Source: Endomicrobiia bacterium (lineage in GTDB: Bacteria > Elusimicrobiota > Endomicrobiia > DTEH01). Taken from it: a DNA stretch of 64,000 nucleotides. Within the stretch, counting starts at the first letter, position 1. Each line of letters begins with the position of its first letter. The position numbers and the translations under genes are program-made. Under the pieces are notes generated by a model, which had not been told where the DNA came from, did not search any database, and worked only from the letters and a program-made list of their open reading frames with translations. This document shows, in pieces, positions 18,250 through 28,648 of the stretch. The DNA lies in assembly GCA_039630545.1 (NCBI GenBank), contig JBCNUU010000001.1, positions 131,802 to 195,801 of the forward strand. The letters run 5' to 3'.

Positions 18250-21096
18250 ATGGATAAAATAGTAATCATTGGAGCCAAAGAACATAACCTCAAAAATATA
18301 AATCTGGAATTACCTAAAAACAAACTTATTGTAATTACCGGCCTTTCTGGTTCAGGAAAATCATCCTTAGCTTTTGATACGATTTACGCTGAAGGACAAA
18401 GAAGATATGTTGAATCTCTTTCTGCATACGCAAGACAGTTTTTGCCTTTAATGGATAAACCTGAAGTTGACAAAATCGAGGGTTTGTCCCCAGCTATTTC
18501 AATCCAGCAACGTGCTCTATCCCACAATCCACGCTCTACAGTAGGCACAACCACGGAAATTTATGATTACATGCGTCTTCTGTATGCAAGAATAGGAAAG
18601 GTATTTTGTCCTAACTGTGAAGATCACCCCCAGATAAGATCTACTTCTGTTTCTCAAATAGTAGAAGAAGTTTTTAAAAAATACGAAGGTCAAAAAGCTT
18701 TTATATGTTCACCTGTGGTCCGAGGAAGGATTGGAACTTATCAGGAGCTTATTAATAAAATATTAAAAGATGGTTTTATTCGTATAAGAATAGACGGAAA
18801 AATTTATGATCTGGATGATACACCACCACAAAAAATCAAACTTGATAGATACAAAAAACATAATATAGAAATTGTAGTAGATAGTCTAACTATAAACCAA
18901 CAAAATAAATCTCGTATTGTTGACTCTATAGAAATTGCTCTAAAAAAATCTCAAGGGTTGCTACTTTTGCTTTTCCCTAAGGGAAACTCAAACAATTATA
19001 TAGAACAAATTTACTCAGAGCATTTTAGTTGTGTAAATTGTGGTTATAGTTTACCTATGTTAGAACCAAGGATGTTTTCGTTTAACTCACCTTATGGGGC
19101 CTGTCCGTCCTGTGATGGTCTTGGGCACAAATTAGAAATAGATCCTGATCTTGTGGTTCCAGATAAAAACATTTCTGTTAAAGAAGGCGCTATAAAACCA
19201 TTTGATGAACCTATTACTACAAGAACTCATAGATGGAGATCTTCCTGGAGAAGTTACTATGAAGAGATACTGGAAGAGGTAGCAGAAAGACATAAAATTG
19301 ACCTTTCAAAACCTTTTAATAAGCTATCTAAGGAACATCAAAAAATAATTCTATACGGTGACGGAATATTTGAAGGTGTAATACCACATCTTCAAAGAAG
19401 ATATCAGGAAACTGATTCTGAATATGTTAAAGAAGAAATTTATAATAAATATATAAGCAAAGTTGTTTGTAATACCTGCCAAGGCAAAAGATTAAAAAAA
19501 GAAAGTTTATATGTAAAAATTAATACAAAAAATAAGGGATTTCTTAACATAGCAGAGATGAGTGCTTTTTCAGTAAAAGAATTTAAAGAAGTTATAAATA
19601 ATTTAGCAATTTCAGATCAAGAACAAGAAATTGCCAGACCAATATTAAAAGAAATAAATCACAGGATAAATTTTTTAATTTCTGTCGGTATTGACTACAT
19701 AACTTTGGATAGAGAGACTTCAACTTTAGCCGGTGGAGAAGCACAAAGAATCCATCTTGCTACCCAGATTGGTTCTGGACTTACGGGTGTTCTGTATGTT
19801 TTAGATGAACCAACAGTAGGACTTCATCCTAGAGATACGCAAAGGTTAATAGATGCGATGAAGTCATTAAGAGATATAGGTAATACATTGATTGTAGTAG
19901 AACACGATGAAAATGTGATAAGACAGTCTGACTTCATAGTAGATTTAGGACCAAAAGCCGGGATTCATGGTGGAGAGGTTGTTGCTTGTGGTAATCTTAA
20001 GGAGCTTCTTGAAGAAGATTCGAAAGTTAAAAATTCTCTTACCTTGCGATATTTAAAAAAAGAACTGAAAATAGAAATAAATTCTAAAAAAAGAAAACCT
20101 AAAGGTAAATCAATAAAAATTATTGGAGCTAAACAGTTTAATTTGAAAAATATAGATGTAGAAATTCCTTTGGGTTTATTTGTATGCGTTTGTGGAGTTT
20201 CAGGTTCAGGTAAGTCTACTTTAGTAAATGAGATTTTATATAAAGCCTTAGCTAAGAAACTATATGGAAGCAAAGAAGAACCAGGAATACATGATAAAAT
20301 AGAAGGTGTAGAATATATCGACAAAGTGATAGTTGTGGATCAATCTCCAATTGGTAGAACTCCAAGATCAAATCCTGCAACTTATACAGGTGTGTTTACT
20401 TACATTAGAGAACTCTTTTCTCAGACACCAGAAGCAAAAAGAAGAGGTTACCTTCCTGGAAGATTTTCTTTTAATGTTAAAGGTGGAAGATGTGAGAACT
20501 GTCAGGGTGATGGGGTATTAAAAATTGAGATGCAATTTTTACCTGATGTCTATGTGAAGTGCGATGTATGTGGTGGTAAAAGATTTAACGAGGAGACCCT
20601 TCAGGTAAAATATAAGGACAAAAATATTTATGAAGTGTTAGAAATGACTGTTGAGGAAGCGTTAGATTTTTTTGGTAATGTAAATAGAATAAGAGAAATT
20701 CTTTCAGTTATAAATGAAGTAGGTCTGGGGTACATAAAACTTGGGCAGCCTGCTACTACCCTTTCAGGTGGAGAAGCTCAAAGGATTAAATTAGCAGCAG
20801 AGTTATGTCGTAGATCTACAGGAAAAACCTTGTATATCCTAGATGAACCAACCACAGGACTTCATTATGCTGATGTAGAAAAACTGCTTAATGTTCTTCA
20901 TAAACTTGTGGATTTAGGTAATACAGTAGTCGTAATAGAACATAATTTAGAGGTTATAAAGACAGCAGACTGGATTATAGATTTAGGTCCAGAAGGGGGG
21001 GATGCAGGAGGATATGTGGTTTATTGTGGTCCATTTGAGGGGTTGTTGAAATTAAGAAATTCTTATACTGCTGAATATTTAAGAAAAGTGTTATAG
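18250..21096 (+). CDS. uvrA: Excinuclease ABC subunit A
   Basis: Two ABC ATPase modules (GLSGSGKSS...; GVSGSGKST...), two LSGGE signatures, Zn-finger Cys pairs. 948 aa. Confidence 0.95.
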   Translation: MDKIVIIGAKEHNLKNINLELPKNKLIVITGLSGSGKSSLAFDTIYAEGQRRYVESLSAYARQFLPLMDKPEVDKIEGLSPAISIQQRALSHNPRSTVGTTTEIYDYMRLLYARIGKVFCPNCEDHPQIRSTSVSQIVEEVFKKYEGQKAFICSPVVRGRIGTYQELINKILKDGFIRIRIDGKIYDLDDTPPQKIKLDRYKKHNIEIVVDSLTINQQNKSRIVDSIEIALKKSQGLLLLLFPKGNSNNYIEQIYSEHFSCVNCGYSLPMLEPRMFSFNSPYGACPSCDGLGHKLEIDPDLVVPDKNISVKEGAIKPFDEPITTRTHRWRSSWRSYYEEILEEVAERHKIDLSKPFNKLSKEHQKIILYGDGIFEGVIPHLQRRYQETDSEYVKEEIYNKYISKVVCNTCQGKRLKKESLYVKINTKNKGFLNIAEMSAFSVKEFKEVINNLAISDQEQEIARPILKEINHRINFLISVGIDYITLDRETSTLAGGEAQRIHLATQIGSGLTGVLYVLDEPTVGLHPRDTQRLIDAMKSLRDIGNTLIVVEHDENVIRQSDFIVDLGPKAGIHGGEVVACGNLKELLEEDSKVKNSLTLRYLKKELKIEINSKKRKPKGKSIKIIGAKQFNLKNIDVEIPLGLFVCVCGVSGSGKSTLVNEILYKALAKKLYGSKEEPGIHDKIEGVEYIDKVIVVDQSPIGRTPRSNPATYTGVFTYIRELFSQTPEAKRRGYLPGRFSFNVKGGRCENCQGDGVLKIEMQFLPDVYVKCDVCGGKRFNEETLQVKYKDKNIYEVLEMTVEEALDFFGNVNRIREILSVINEVGLGYIKLGQPATTLSGGEAQRIKLAAELCRRSTGKTLYILDEPTTGLHYADVEKLLNVLHKLVDLGNTVVVIEHNLEVIKTADWIIDLGPEGGDAGGYVVYCGPFEGLLKLRNSYTAEYLRKVL

Positions 21097-21102
21097 ATTT
21101 GA

Positions 21103-22293
21103 ATGAAAAATTATTCATATATCTACAGAAATACCAAGAAAGAACTGCATGGTTGGTATGTGGTAGATAATCGTAAAGAATGTACTGCTGAGAGATTGCT
21201 TGTAAATCCTTATAATGGTTGTTCTGTTGGATGTTTTTTTTGTTATGCAAGAGCCCTTCCGGGTAATTTTGAAGAGTACCATAAAGAAAATAAAATTTTT
21301 ATCTTTGAAAATTTTCCAGAAGTAGTTGATAAACAACTTTCTGAACTTTGTGTGGCTAGTTGTGGATATTTAAGTCCTGTTACGGATCCATTTCAAGAAA
21401 TAGAAAAAAAGGAAAACATTTCAAAAAAAATTATAGAGATTTTTTTAAAGTATAATATACCAGTAGAGTTTATTACAAAATGTGAAATTCCTCAACAGAT
21501 AATAGAACTCATAAGACCATCATTTAACGAAGATAAAACTTCTTGTAAAAAACATTGTTTTGGCCAGGTGAGTATAATAACTATTGATGAAAATTTAAGA
21601 AAAATTTTATCTCCTGGTGGAGCATCTGTTGAAGTTCTCTTTGAAAATCTTGCAAAGCTGGCAAAAAACAAAATTTTTGCGGTATGCAGGATAGATCCAA
21701 TTTTTCCTTTCATTACAGATAAAAAAGAACATCTTAAAGAAATAGTTATCAGAGCAAAAGATAATGGAGCAAATCATATTATAGCAAGTGTTCTTGATAT
21801 TCCACTAAAAATCTATGATTTTATACTGGGAAATATCAAAAAATATTTTGGAACATCTGTTTATTATGATTACAAAAATTTATATATTGAAAAGATAGGA
21901 TATCTTAATGCAAAGCTTGACTATAGATTAAAAGTGTTTGATTATTTAAGAAATCTATGTGATAAGTATAACTTAAGTTTTGCTTTGTGTATGGAATATA
22001 AAGTAGAAAAAATTACGAAAGAAATTCTGGAAGAAAAAGTTTATTACGAAGGACTAAATAAAATGTTTATGTCATCTGTTAATTGTGAGGGAATAAATAT
22101 TCCTATATATATAAGAAAACCCGGAGAAAGAAAGTTTTATCCAGCCGCAGATTGTAATGGAGCATGTTTAAACTGCAAAGATGCCATCTGTGGTATAAAA
22201 GAACTTGCGCAAGCAAAAACTTCTCCTAAAGGTTTAAAGCTAAAAGATTATAAAAACTTCACAAAAATTTTCAAACAGGAAGTATTATTTTAA
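21103..22293 (+). CDS. Radical SAM protein of the SPL / DNA-repair-photolyase-like family (COG1533-like) with an extra C-terminal Cys cluster
   Basis: CxxxCxxC radical SAM motif in NPYNGCSVGCFFCYAR. C-terminal CNGACLNCKDAICG. Lies between uvrA and rmuC. Confidence 0.65.
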   Translation: MKNYSYIYRNTKKELHGWYVVDNRKECTAERLLVNPYNGCSVGCFFCYARALPGNFEEYHKENKIFIFENFPEVVDKQLSELCVASCGYLSPVTDPFQEIEKKENISKKIIEIFLKYNIPVEFITKCEIPQQIIELIRPSFNEDKTSCKKHCFGQVSIITIDENLRKILSPGGASVEVLFENLAKLAKNKIFAVCRIDPIFPFITDKKEHLKEIVIRAKDNGANHIIASVLDIPLKIYDFILGNIKKYFGTSVYYDYKNLYIEKIGYLNAKLDYRLKVFDYLRNLCDKYNLSFALCMEYKVEKITKEILEEKVYYEGLNKMFMSSVNCEGINIPIYIRKPGERKFYPAADCNGACLNCKDAICGIKELAQAKTSPKGLKLKDYKNFTKIFKQEVLF

Positions 22294-23486
22294 TGAATTT
22301 AGTCACTATTTTATCCATATTGATAGTAGCATTATTAGTATATTTAATTTATTTATTCAAAAAACTAAATGAACAAAAACTTACAGATTTTATAACCAAG
22401 TTAGAACTCTCATCCCAGCTAGTAAATGAGTTAAAAAATTCTGTGTTTAATTCACTTGCTTTACTTCAAAATCATATTAACCAGACAATAAATCAAGTTT
22501 CTGCAACCGACAACACATTAAGAACTCAACTTGAACTTTTAAGAAACTCAATTAATGAACAGATTTCTTTTACTGTGAAGAACTTAAATATGCAGATTAA
22601 AACCACTACAGATGCGACTTCCAAGAGCCTTGAACTTGTAACACAACAGATAGATGAACGTCTTAAAGGCACAATTGAAATTTTTTCTCAGATGAGTCAG
22701 ATGTTAAGTAGACTAAATTTTTTTGCTGAAGAGCTGAAGGTAAATACAGATGAATTAAATAAAATTTTAGGAGCAACAAAATTAAGAGGAAGTTTTGGAG
22801 AGGTTTTGCTTGAAAAAGTTTTACTGGATGTTTTTCCACAAGAAAAAGTAAAATTTAACTACTATGTTAATCCGCATAGCAGTGAACATGTTGAGGCGGC
22901 TGTTCTGTTTAAAGATAAAGTTTTCCCAATAGATTCTAAGTTTAATTTAGACAAAATCCGTCAGTTGGAAGAGGCTAAAGATGAAGCTTCTGTTCGACGT
23001 GCCGAAAAAGATTTAATAGAGACACTAAAAAAACAGATTGATGAAATAGCAGAGAAATATGTATTACCACAATATGGTGCAGATTATGCTTTTATGTATA
23101 TTCCTTCAGAGTCGGGGTTTTTAAGAATTATAAATTTAAAACTAAAAGATGGAGAAAGTATTGTAAAATACGCATCAAAAAAACATGTTGTAATTGCCTC
23201 CCCACAAACCTTACTTCCTTATCTTCAATATGTTATTATTGGTATCCAGACTGAACAAATTGCAAAAAACGCCGTATATTTAAGACAGCAGATAAATTCG
23301 TTAATTATGAGTATAACTAAATTTCAAGAAAAATTTTCTACTTTAGGTAAACATATAAAAAACGCATATGAGAGATATACTGAAGTAGAAAGCGATCTTA
23401 AAATGTTAGAAATGCAAGTAAAAAACATAACAGCTATAGATACTGTCCAGCAAGAGACTTTAAAGCTTTCTGGAGATTCAAAATAA
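22293..23486 (+). CDS. rmuC: DNA recombination protein RmuC
   Basis: N-terminal TM anchor, long coiled-coil, C-terminal RmuC-type domain. 397 aa; start overlaps the upstream stop. Confidence 0.75.
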   Translation: MNLVTILSILIVALLVYLIYLFKKLNEQKLTDFITKLELSSQLVNELKNSVFNSLALLQNHINQTINQVSATDNTLRTQLELLRNSINEQISFTVKNLNMQIKTTTDATSKSLELVTQQIDERLKGTIEIFSQMSQMLSRLNFFAEELKVNTDELNKILGATKLRGSFGEVLLEKVLLDVFPQEKVKFNYYVNPHSSEHVEAAVLFKDKVFPIDSKFNLDKIRQLEEAKDEASVRRAEKDLIETLKKQIDEIAEKYVLPQYGADYAFMYIPSESGFLRIINLKLKDGESIVKYASKKHVVIASPQTLLPYLQYVIIGIQTEQIAKNAVYLRQQINSLIMSITKFQEKFSTLGKHIKNAYERYTEVESDLKMLEMQVKNITAIDTVQQETLKLSGDSK

Positions 23487-23490
23487 AATC

Positions 23491-24252
23491 ATGAAACTAT
23501 TAAATTTATTTAAAACTAAAAAACAACTTATTCCATTTTTAACCTGTGGATTTCCTACAAAAAAAGATACAGTTGATATTATAAAATTACTTCTGGATGA
23601 AGGTATAAGGATTATAGAAATAGGCATACCTTTTTCCGATCCTGTAGCAGATGGTCCTACGATACAGTTTTCTTCTTATGTTGCTTTAAAGAACAAAATT
23701 ACAATTAATGATGTTTTTGAAGTTGTAGACAAAACATTAAACTATGCTGAGTATTTTCCTGTACTTATGGGATATCTAAATCCTGCAGTAATATATGGTA
23801 TGGAAAGATTCATAAAAGATGCAAAAAACAGTGGAGTAAAAGGTATGATCTTTGCAGATTCGATTGTTGAAGAAAAAGATATATTTTATCAATTGACAAA
23901 AAAATATGGAATTTGTAGTATATTCTTGTTGTCTACAACAACTAAATTAGAAAGAAGAAGGTTGATATATAAATTTACTGAAGGTTTTATATACCTTATT
24001 ACTCTTAAAGGTACAACAGGAGCTAAAGAAAAACTGCCTGAAGAGTTTTATAAATTTGTCAAGATAGTAAGAAAAGAGACAGAACATCCTTTATGTGCTG
24101 GATTTGGTATTTCAAAACCCCAGCAAATTCTGCCTGTGCTTGAATATATTGATGGATTTATTGTTGGTTCTGTGATTATAGAACACCTAAAACAAGATTC
24201 CACATACAGATCTTTAAGAAATTTTATTAGAGAATTTATGAAAATACTATAA
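23491..24252 (+). CDS. trpA: Tryptophan synthase alpha chain (no trpB adjacent)
   Basis: Motifs IEIGIPFSDPVADGPTIQ, ...GFGISKPQQ... and GFIVGSVII align with TrpA catalytic and phosphate-binding regions. Confidence 0.8.
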   Translation: MKLLNLFKTKKQLIPFLTCGFPTKKDTVDIIKLLLDEGIRIIEIGIPFSDPVADGPTIQFSSYVALKNKITINDVFEVVDKTLNYAEYFPVLMGYLNPAVIYGMERFIKDAKNSGVKGMIFADSIVEEKDIFYQLTKKYGICSIFLLSTTTKLERRRLIYKFTEGFIYLITLKGTTGAKEKLPEEFYKFVKIVRKETEHPLCAGFGISKPQQILPVLEYIDGFIVGSVIIEHLKQDSTYRSLRNFIREFMKIL

Positions 24253-24261
24253 AATATCTTT

Positions 24262-25614
24262 ATGCAAAAAGAACTTTTAGATAGATTTTTAAGTTCATTT
24301 AATTTAGACAGAAAACTGATAAAATATGATATAGAAGCATGTATCGCGTGGATAACAACACTTTTTGAAAATAAAATCATAGACAAAAAACAATCATCCA
24401 GACTTATTAAAGTTTTAAAAAATTTAAAAAAACAAAAAGACCTAAAAAATATTCAAGCAGAAGATGTACACTATGCTGTAGAAAAAAAACTAGAAAGAGT
24501 TTTAAAAAAAGATAAATATCTAGCCGGAGTTATTCGTACAGCAAGAAGTAGAAATGATTTAGTTGTTTCTGATGAGAGGATGTATATAAAAGATGAGATT
24601 AATCAAATTATAGTACTTCTTAAAAATTTAATATCTTCAATAGTAGAAGTAGCACAGAAAAATCTTGATGTTCCGATGGTAGGATACACTCATCTTCAAC
24701 CTGCACAACCTGTACTTTTTAGCCATTATATTTTGAGCTTTGCTTGGTGGTTTGTAAGAGATATTGAGAGATTTAAAGATTGTTATAAGAGAGTAGATGT
24801 TTCAACTTTAGGTGCAGCAGCTTTTGCAGGAAGTAGTTTTGAAGTTAACAGACAAAAGGTTGCAGAAAAACTAGGTTTTTTGAAGGTTTCAGAAAATTCT
24901 GTTGATAGTGTTTCAGATAGAGACTACATTATAGAATTTATTTCATGTTGTGCCATCGTAATGATACATCTTTCAAGAATAGCTGAAGAGCTAATCATCT
25001 GGTGTACTCCTAATTTTGGATATATCAGTTTACCTAAAAAGTTAACCTCGGGTTCATCAATTATGCCACAAAAGCAAAATCCTGATTATTTAGAACTAAT
25101 AAGAGGAAAAACAGCAAAAGTAATTTCGGATTTAATTGGAATTCTGGTAGTCATGAAAGCGTTACCTCTTACCTATAACAGGGATATGCAGGAAGATAAA
25201 GTTTATCTTTTTTCATCTGTCGAGACAATAAAAGATTGTCTTAGAGTTATGAGAGTAATTTTTGAAAATCTTATGGTTAATGCTCAAAGATTAAAAGAAG
25301 ATATTCAAAAACACGATTTTATTTTTGCAACTGAAGTTGCTAATTTTTTAGTTGAAGAAATGAAATATCCATTTAAACTTGCTCATAAAAAAACTCAACT
25401 TTTAATAGACTACTGTGTAAAAACAAACAAAAAACTTAAGCAATTAGGCTTAAAAGATTACAAAAAAATTGTAAGCAGAGAATTTACAATTGAAATGTTT
25501 GAAAAACTAAATCGAAAATTCAACAATTCATATTCAAATTACAAAACATTTGGTGGAAGTTCTCTACCACAGGTGAAGCGTCAAATAAAAAATATTAAAA
25601 AATTAATAGTATGA
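24262..25614 (+). CDS. argH: Argininosuccinate lyase
   Basis: Fumarate-lyase signature GSSIMPQKQNPD. GYTHLQPAQP. Confidence 0.9.
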   Translation: MQKELLDRFLSSFNLDRKLIKYDIEACIAWITTLFENKIIDKKQSSRLIKVLKNLKKQKDLKNIQAEDVHYAVEKKLERVLKKDKYLAGVIRTARSRNDLVVSDERMYIKDEINQIIVLLKNLISSIVEVAQKNLDVPMVGYTHLQPAQPVLFSHYILSFAWWFVRDIERFKDCYKRVDVSTLGAAAFAGSSFEVNRQKVAEKLGFLKVSENSVDSVSDRDYIIEFISCCAIVMIHLSRIAEELIIWCTPNFGYISLPKKLTSGSSIMPQKQNPDYLELIRGKTAKVISDLIGILVVMKALPLTYNRDMQEDKVYLFSSVETIKDCLRVMRVIFENLMVNAQRLKEDIQKHDFIFATEVANFLVEEMKYPFKLAHKKTQLLIDYCVKTNKKLKQLGLKDYKKIVSREFTIEMFEKLNRKFNNSYSNYKTFGGSSLPQVKRQIKNIKKLIV

Positions 25615-26873
25615 ACATGCAACCAGTAACTCCAAAACTGATATATAAAAACAATACTCTTTATTTTGAAAATGTAGAAATTAAAAAAATCATTGAGAGA
25701 TTCTCTACACCTGTTTATGTCTATTCAAAAAATCAAATAATAGAAAACTTTCTTAATTATAAAAAGGCACTTAAACAAAGAAATCATATAATATGTTTTG
25801 CAATGAAAGCCAATTCAAACTTGCAGATTTTAAAAATAATAAAAGATCTTGGGGGAGGATGTGATGTTACAAGCGGGGGAGAAATTTTTCGCGCTTTAAA
25901 TGCAGGGATTGAGCCTAGAAAAATTGTGTATGCTGGAGTTGGTAAAACACAACAGGAGATAGAATATGCCTTAAAAAACAAAATTCTTATGTTAAATATA
26001 GAATCAAAAGATGAAGTTTTACTTTTAGAAAAAATTGCTAAAAGAAAAAAAATAAAGATAGATATTTCTGTAAGAATTAATCCAGAAGTAACTACCACAA
26101 CTATCTCTTATATCTCTACTGGAGAAGAAGGCACAAAGTTTGGAATACCTATAAAAGAAGCTGAAAGTTTTATTAAGTATGTTAAAAACTTAAAGAATTT
26201 AAATTTAGTTGGATTACATTTTCATATTGGTTCTCAAATTTGCAATGTGAAACCTTTCGTAGAGGCAACGAAGAAAGTGACAGAATTGATAAAAAAAATG
26301 AAACTTAAGTTAAGATATTTAGATATAGGAGGGGGATTAGGTATAAGATATAAAAATGAAACTCCTCCTACACCAGAAGAGCTGATGGATGAGTTGTTAA
26401 AACATATTCCTGAAGATTTGACAATTATATGTGAACCAGGCAGATACATTGTAGGAAACGCAGGAATACTTGTAAGTAAGGTATTATATCATAAAAATGT
26501 AAAAAATAAAAAATTTTTAATAATAGATGCAAGTATGACAGATCTTATAAGACCTGCATTCTATGATGCATACCATAATATAATTCCTTTGAACTTAAAT
26601 TTAATTAACAACTCTAAAATTAAAAAGTATGAAGTAGCTGGTCCTGTATGTGAAACATCTGATTTTTTAGGCAAAAATATACGACTTCCTGAGATATCAA
26701 ATGGTGACTATGTAGTTATAGAAACAACTGGTGCTTATGGTTTTGTAATGAGTTCAAATTATAATTCAAGATTAAAAGTAGCTGAAGTGATGGTAGATGA
26801 TAATAAGTTTTATTTGATTCGTAAAAGAGATACTTATCAAGATTTAATAAACAAAGAATTAAAAGTATCATGA
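25611..26873 (+). CDS. lysA: Diaminopimelate decarboxylase
   Basis: PLP-dependent Orn/DAP decarboxylase fold. FAMKANSN (PLP Lys), DIGGGLGI, CEPGRY, ETTGAYG. Confidence 0.9.
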   Translation: MNMQPVTPKLIYKNNTLYFENVEIKKIIERFSTPVYVYSKNQIIENFLNYKKALKQRNHIICFAMKANSNLQILKIIKDLGGGCDVTSGGEIFRALNAGIEPRKIVYAGVGKTQQEIEYALKNKILMLNIESKDEVLLLEKIAKRKKIKIDISVRINPEVTTTTISYISTGEEGTKFGIPIKEAESFIKYVKNLKNLNLVGLHFHIGSQICNVKPFVEATKKVTELIKKMKLKLRYLDIGGGLGIRYKNETPPTPEELMDELLKHIPEDLTIICEPGRYIVGNAGILVSKVLYHKNVKNKKFLIIDASMTDLIRPAFYDAYHNIIPLNLNLINNSKIKKYEVAGPVCETSDFLGKNIRLPEISNGDYVVIETTGAYGFVMSSNYNSRLKVAEVMVDDNKFYLIRKRDTYQDLINKELKVS

Positions 26874-27712
26874 AAAAAATAAAATTTGCAAAATTTGTTG
26901 CCGCTGGAAATGATTTTGTTATCATTAACAATTATGATAAAAAAATATCATCTAAAAAATACCATGAACTTGCAAAAATTCTGTGTCAGCCCAAATTTGC
27001 TGTAGGTGCTGATGGTTTTTTAGTGATAGAGCCTTCTTTCAAAAAAAACTGTGATTTTAAAATGGTTTATTATAACTCAGATGGTTCTTTTGCTTCAATG
27101 TGTGGAAATGGTGCAAGATGTATTGCTTATTATGCTTATGAGTTAGAGTTATGTGAAGAAATTGCGAATTTGGAGACGGCAAATGGAGTGGTAAAATGTA
27201 TAATAAACAAGAAAAAAAACTCAGTTAAAATTTCGCTTCCCGATCCTAAAAATCTTAAATTGAATATTTTATTAAAACTTGAAAATAATAAAGAGATAAA
27301 TGTGGACTTTATCAACACAGGTGTGCCCCATGTAGTAATTTTCGTTGATGACATAGAAAGAATAGATGTTCACAATTTAGGTAAAGAAATAAGGTATCAC
27401 AAAACTTTTGCCCCTGAGGGTGCAAATGTTAACTTTGTAAAAATAAAAGATGAGCATACTTTATATATAAGGACATATGAAAGAGGGGTTGAAAACGAGA
27501 CACTTTCCTGTGGGACGGGATCTACTGCTTCAGCATGTGTGGCTGCTGTGAAAGGTTTTGTGAAATCACCTGTTAGTTGTGTTACAAAAAGCAAGGAAAT
27601 ACTTAAGATAAGTTTCAATTTAAACTCACCTGAAGATATGATATCTCCAGTTTCAAGTTTGTATCTTGAAGGAAAAGTTAAACATGTTTTTGACGGAGAA
27701 TTTTATATATGA
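26870..27712 (+). CDS. dapF: Diaminopimelate epimerase
   Basis: FVAAGNDFVII. Two catalytic Cys contexts (SMCGNGARC and LSCGTGSTA). Confidence 0.85.
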   Translation: MKKIKFAKFVAAGNDFVIINNYDKKISSKKYHELAKILCQPKFAVGADGFLVIEPSFKKNCDFKMVYYNSDGSFASMCGNGARCIAYYAYELELCEEIANLETANGVVKCIINKKKNSVKISLPDPKNLKLNILLKLENNKEINVDFINTGVPHVVIFVDDIERIDVHNLGKEIRYHKTFAPEGANVNFVKIKDEHTLYIRTYERGVENETLSCGTGSTASACVAAVKGFVKSPVSCVTKSKEILKISFNLNSPEDMISPVSSLYLEGKVKHVFDGEFYI

Positions 27713-27757
27713 AGTTGTAAGTGTTAAAATTAAATTTAAAAATTGGAGGGTAGTTGT

Positions 27758-28648
27758 ATGTTTAAAGGTTCTATAGTAGCATTGGTTACTCCGTTCAAGA
27801 ATGGAGAAGTTGATGAAAAAAAACTTTGTGAACTGGTAGAGTGGCACATTTCAGAAGGGACTGATGCGCTATTACCTTGTGGTACAACAGGAGAGTCACC
27901 TACTTTATCATATGAAGAACACAACAGAGTAATAGAAATTGTAGTAAAGCAAGCAAGAAAAAGAATTCCTGTAATAGGTGGAACAGGAACTAATTCTACC
28001 TCAGAGAGTTTACTTTTATCTGAACATGCAAAAAATGTGGGGTGTGATGCTTTATTGCTTGTTGTTCCTTATTATAACAGACCGACTCAAGAAGGCATGG
28101 TTCAACATTTTAAGTTGATCGCAGAAAAAACAGGTATGCCGATAATTATTTATAACATTCCTGGAAGGACTTCTTCTAATTTAGAACCACAATCTTTCGT
28201 GAGATTAGTCAAAGAATGTAAAAATATTGTTGGGATAAAAGAAGCATCTGGTTCTATAGAACAAGTATCTCAAATTTATTCTCTTCTTCTTCAGGATGGG
28301 TTGGAGAACAAAATTTCAATACTAAGTGGAGATGATAGTATGACTTATCCTATAATGTGTCTGGGTGGAAAAGGAGTGGTTTCTGTAGTAGCAAACATCA
28401 TTCCTAAAAAAGTTTCTCAGTTTACTTCACTTTTACTTGAGAAAAAATTTGAAGAAGCACAGAAACTTCACTATGAACTTTATCCATTAATGAAAGCAAT
28501 GTTTATTGAGACAAATCCCATTCCAGTAAAGGCTGCTATGGAGATGATGGGATTATGTAGTGGTGAGGTAAGATTGCCACTTACTTTTATTTCTTCACAG
28601 AATAAAGAAAAACTAGAAAATATTCTTAAGAAATACAAATTGATTTAA
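27758..28648 (+). CDS. dapA: 4-hydroxy-tetrahydrodipicolinate synthase
   Basis: MFKGSIVALVTPF start, GTTGES, and the Schiff-base Lys context IVGIKEASG. ATG at 27758 with GGAGGG 7 nt upstream; the tracked start at 27743 is TTG. Confidence 0.9.
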   Translation: MFKGSIVALVTPFKNGEVDEKKLCELVEWHISEGTDALLPCGTTGESPTLSYEEHNRVIEIVVKQARKRIPVIGGTGTNSTSESLLLSEHAKNVGCDALLLVVPYYNRPTQEGMVQHFKLIAEKTGMPIIIYNIPGRTSSNLEPQSFVRLVKECKNIVGIKEASGSIEQVSQIYSLLLQDGLENKISILSGDDSMTYPIMCLGGKGVVSVVANIIPKKVSQFTSLLLEKKFEEAQKLHYELYPLMKAMFIETNPIPVKAAMEMMGLCSGEVRLPLTFISSQNKEKLENILKKYKLI

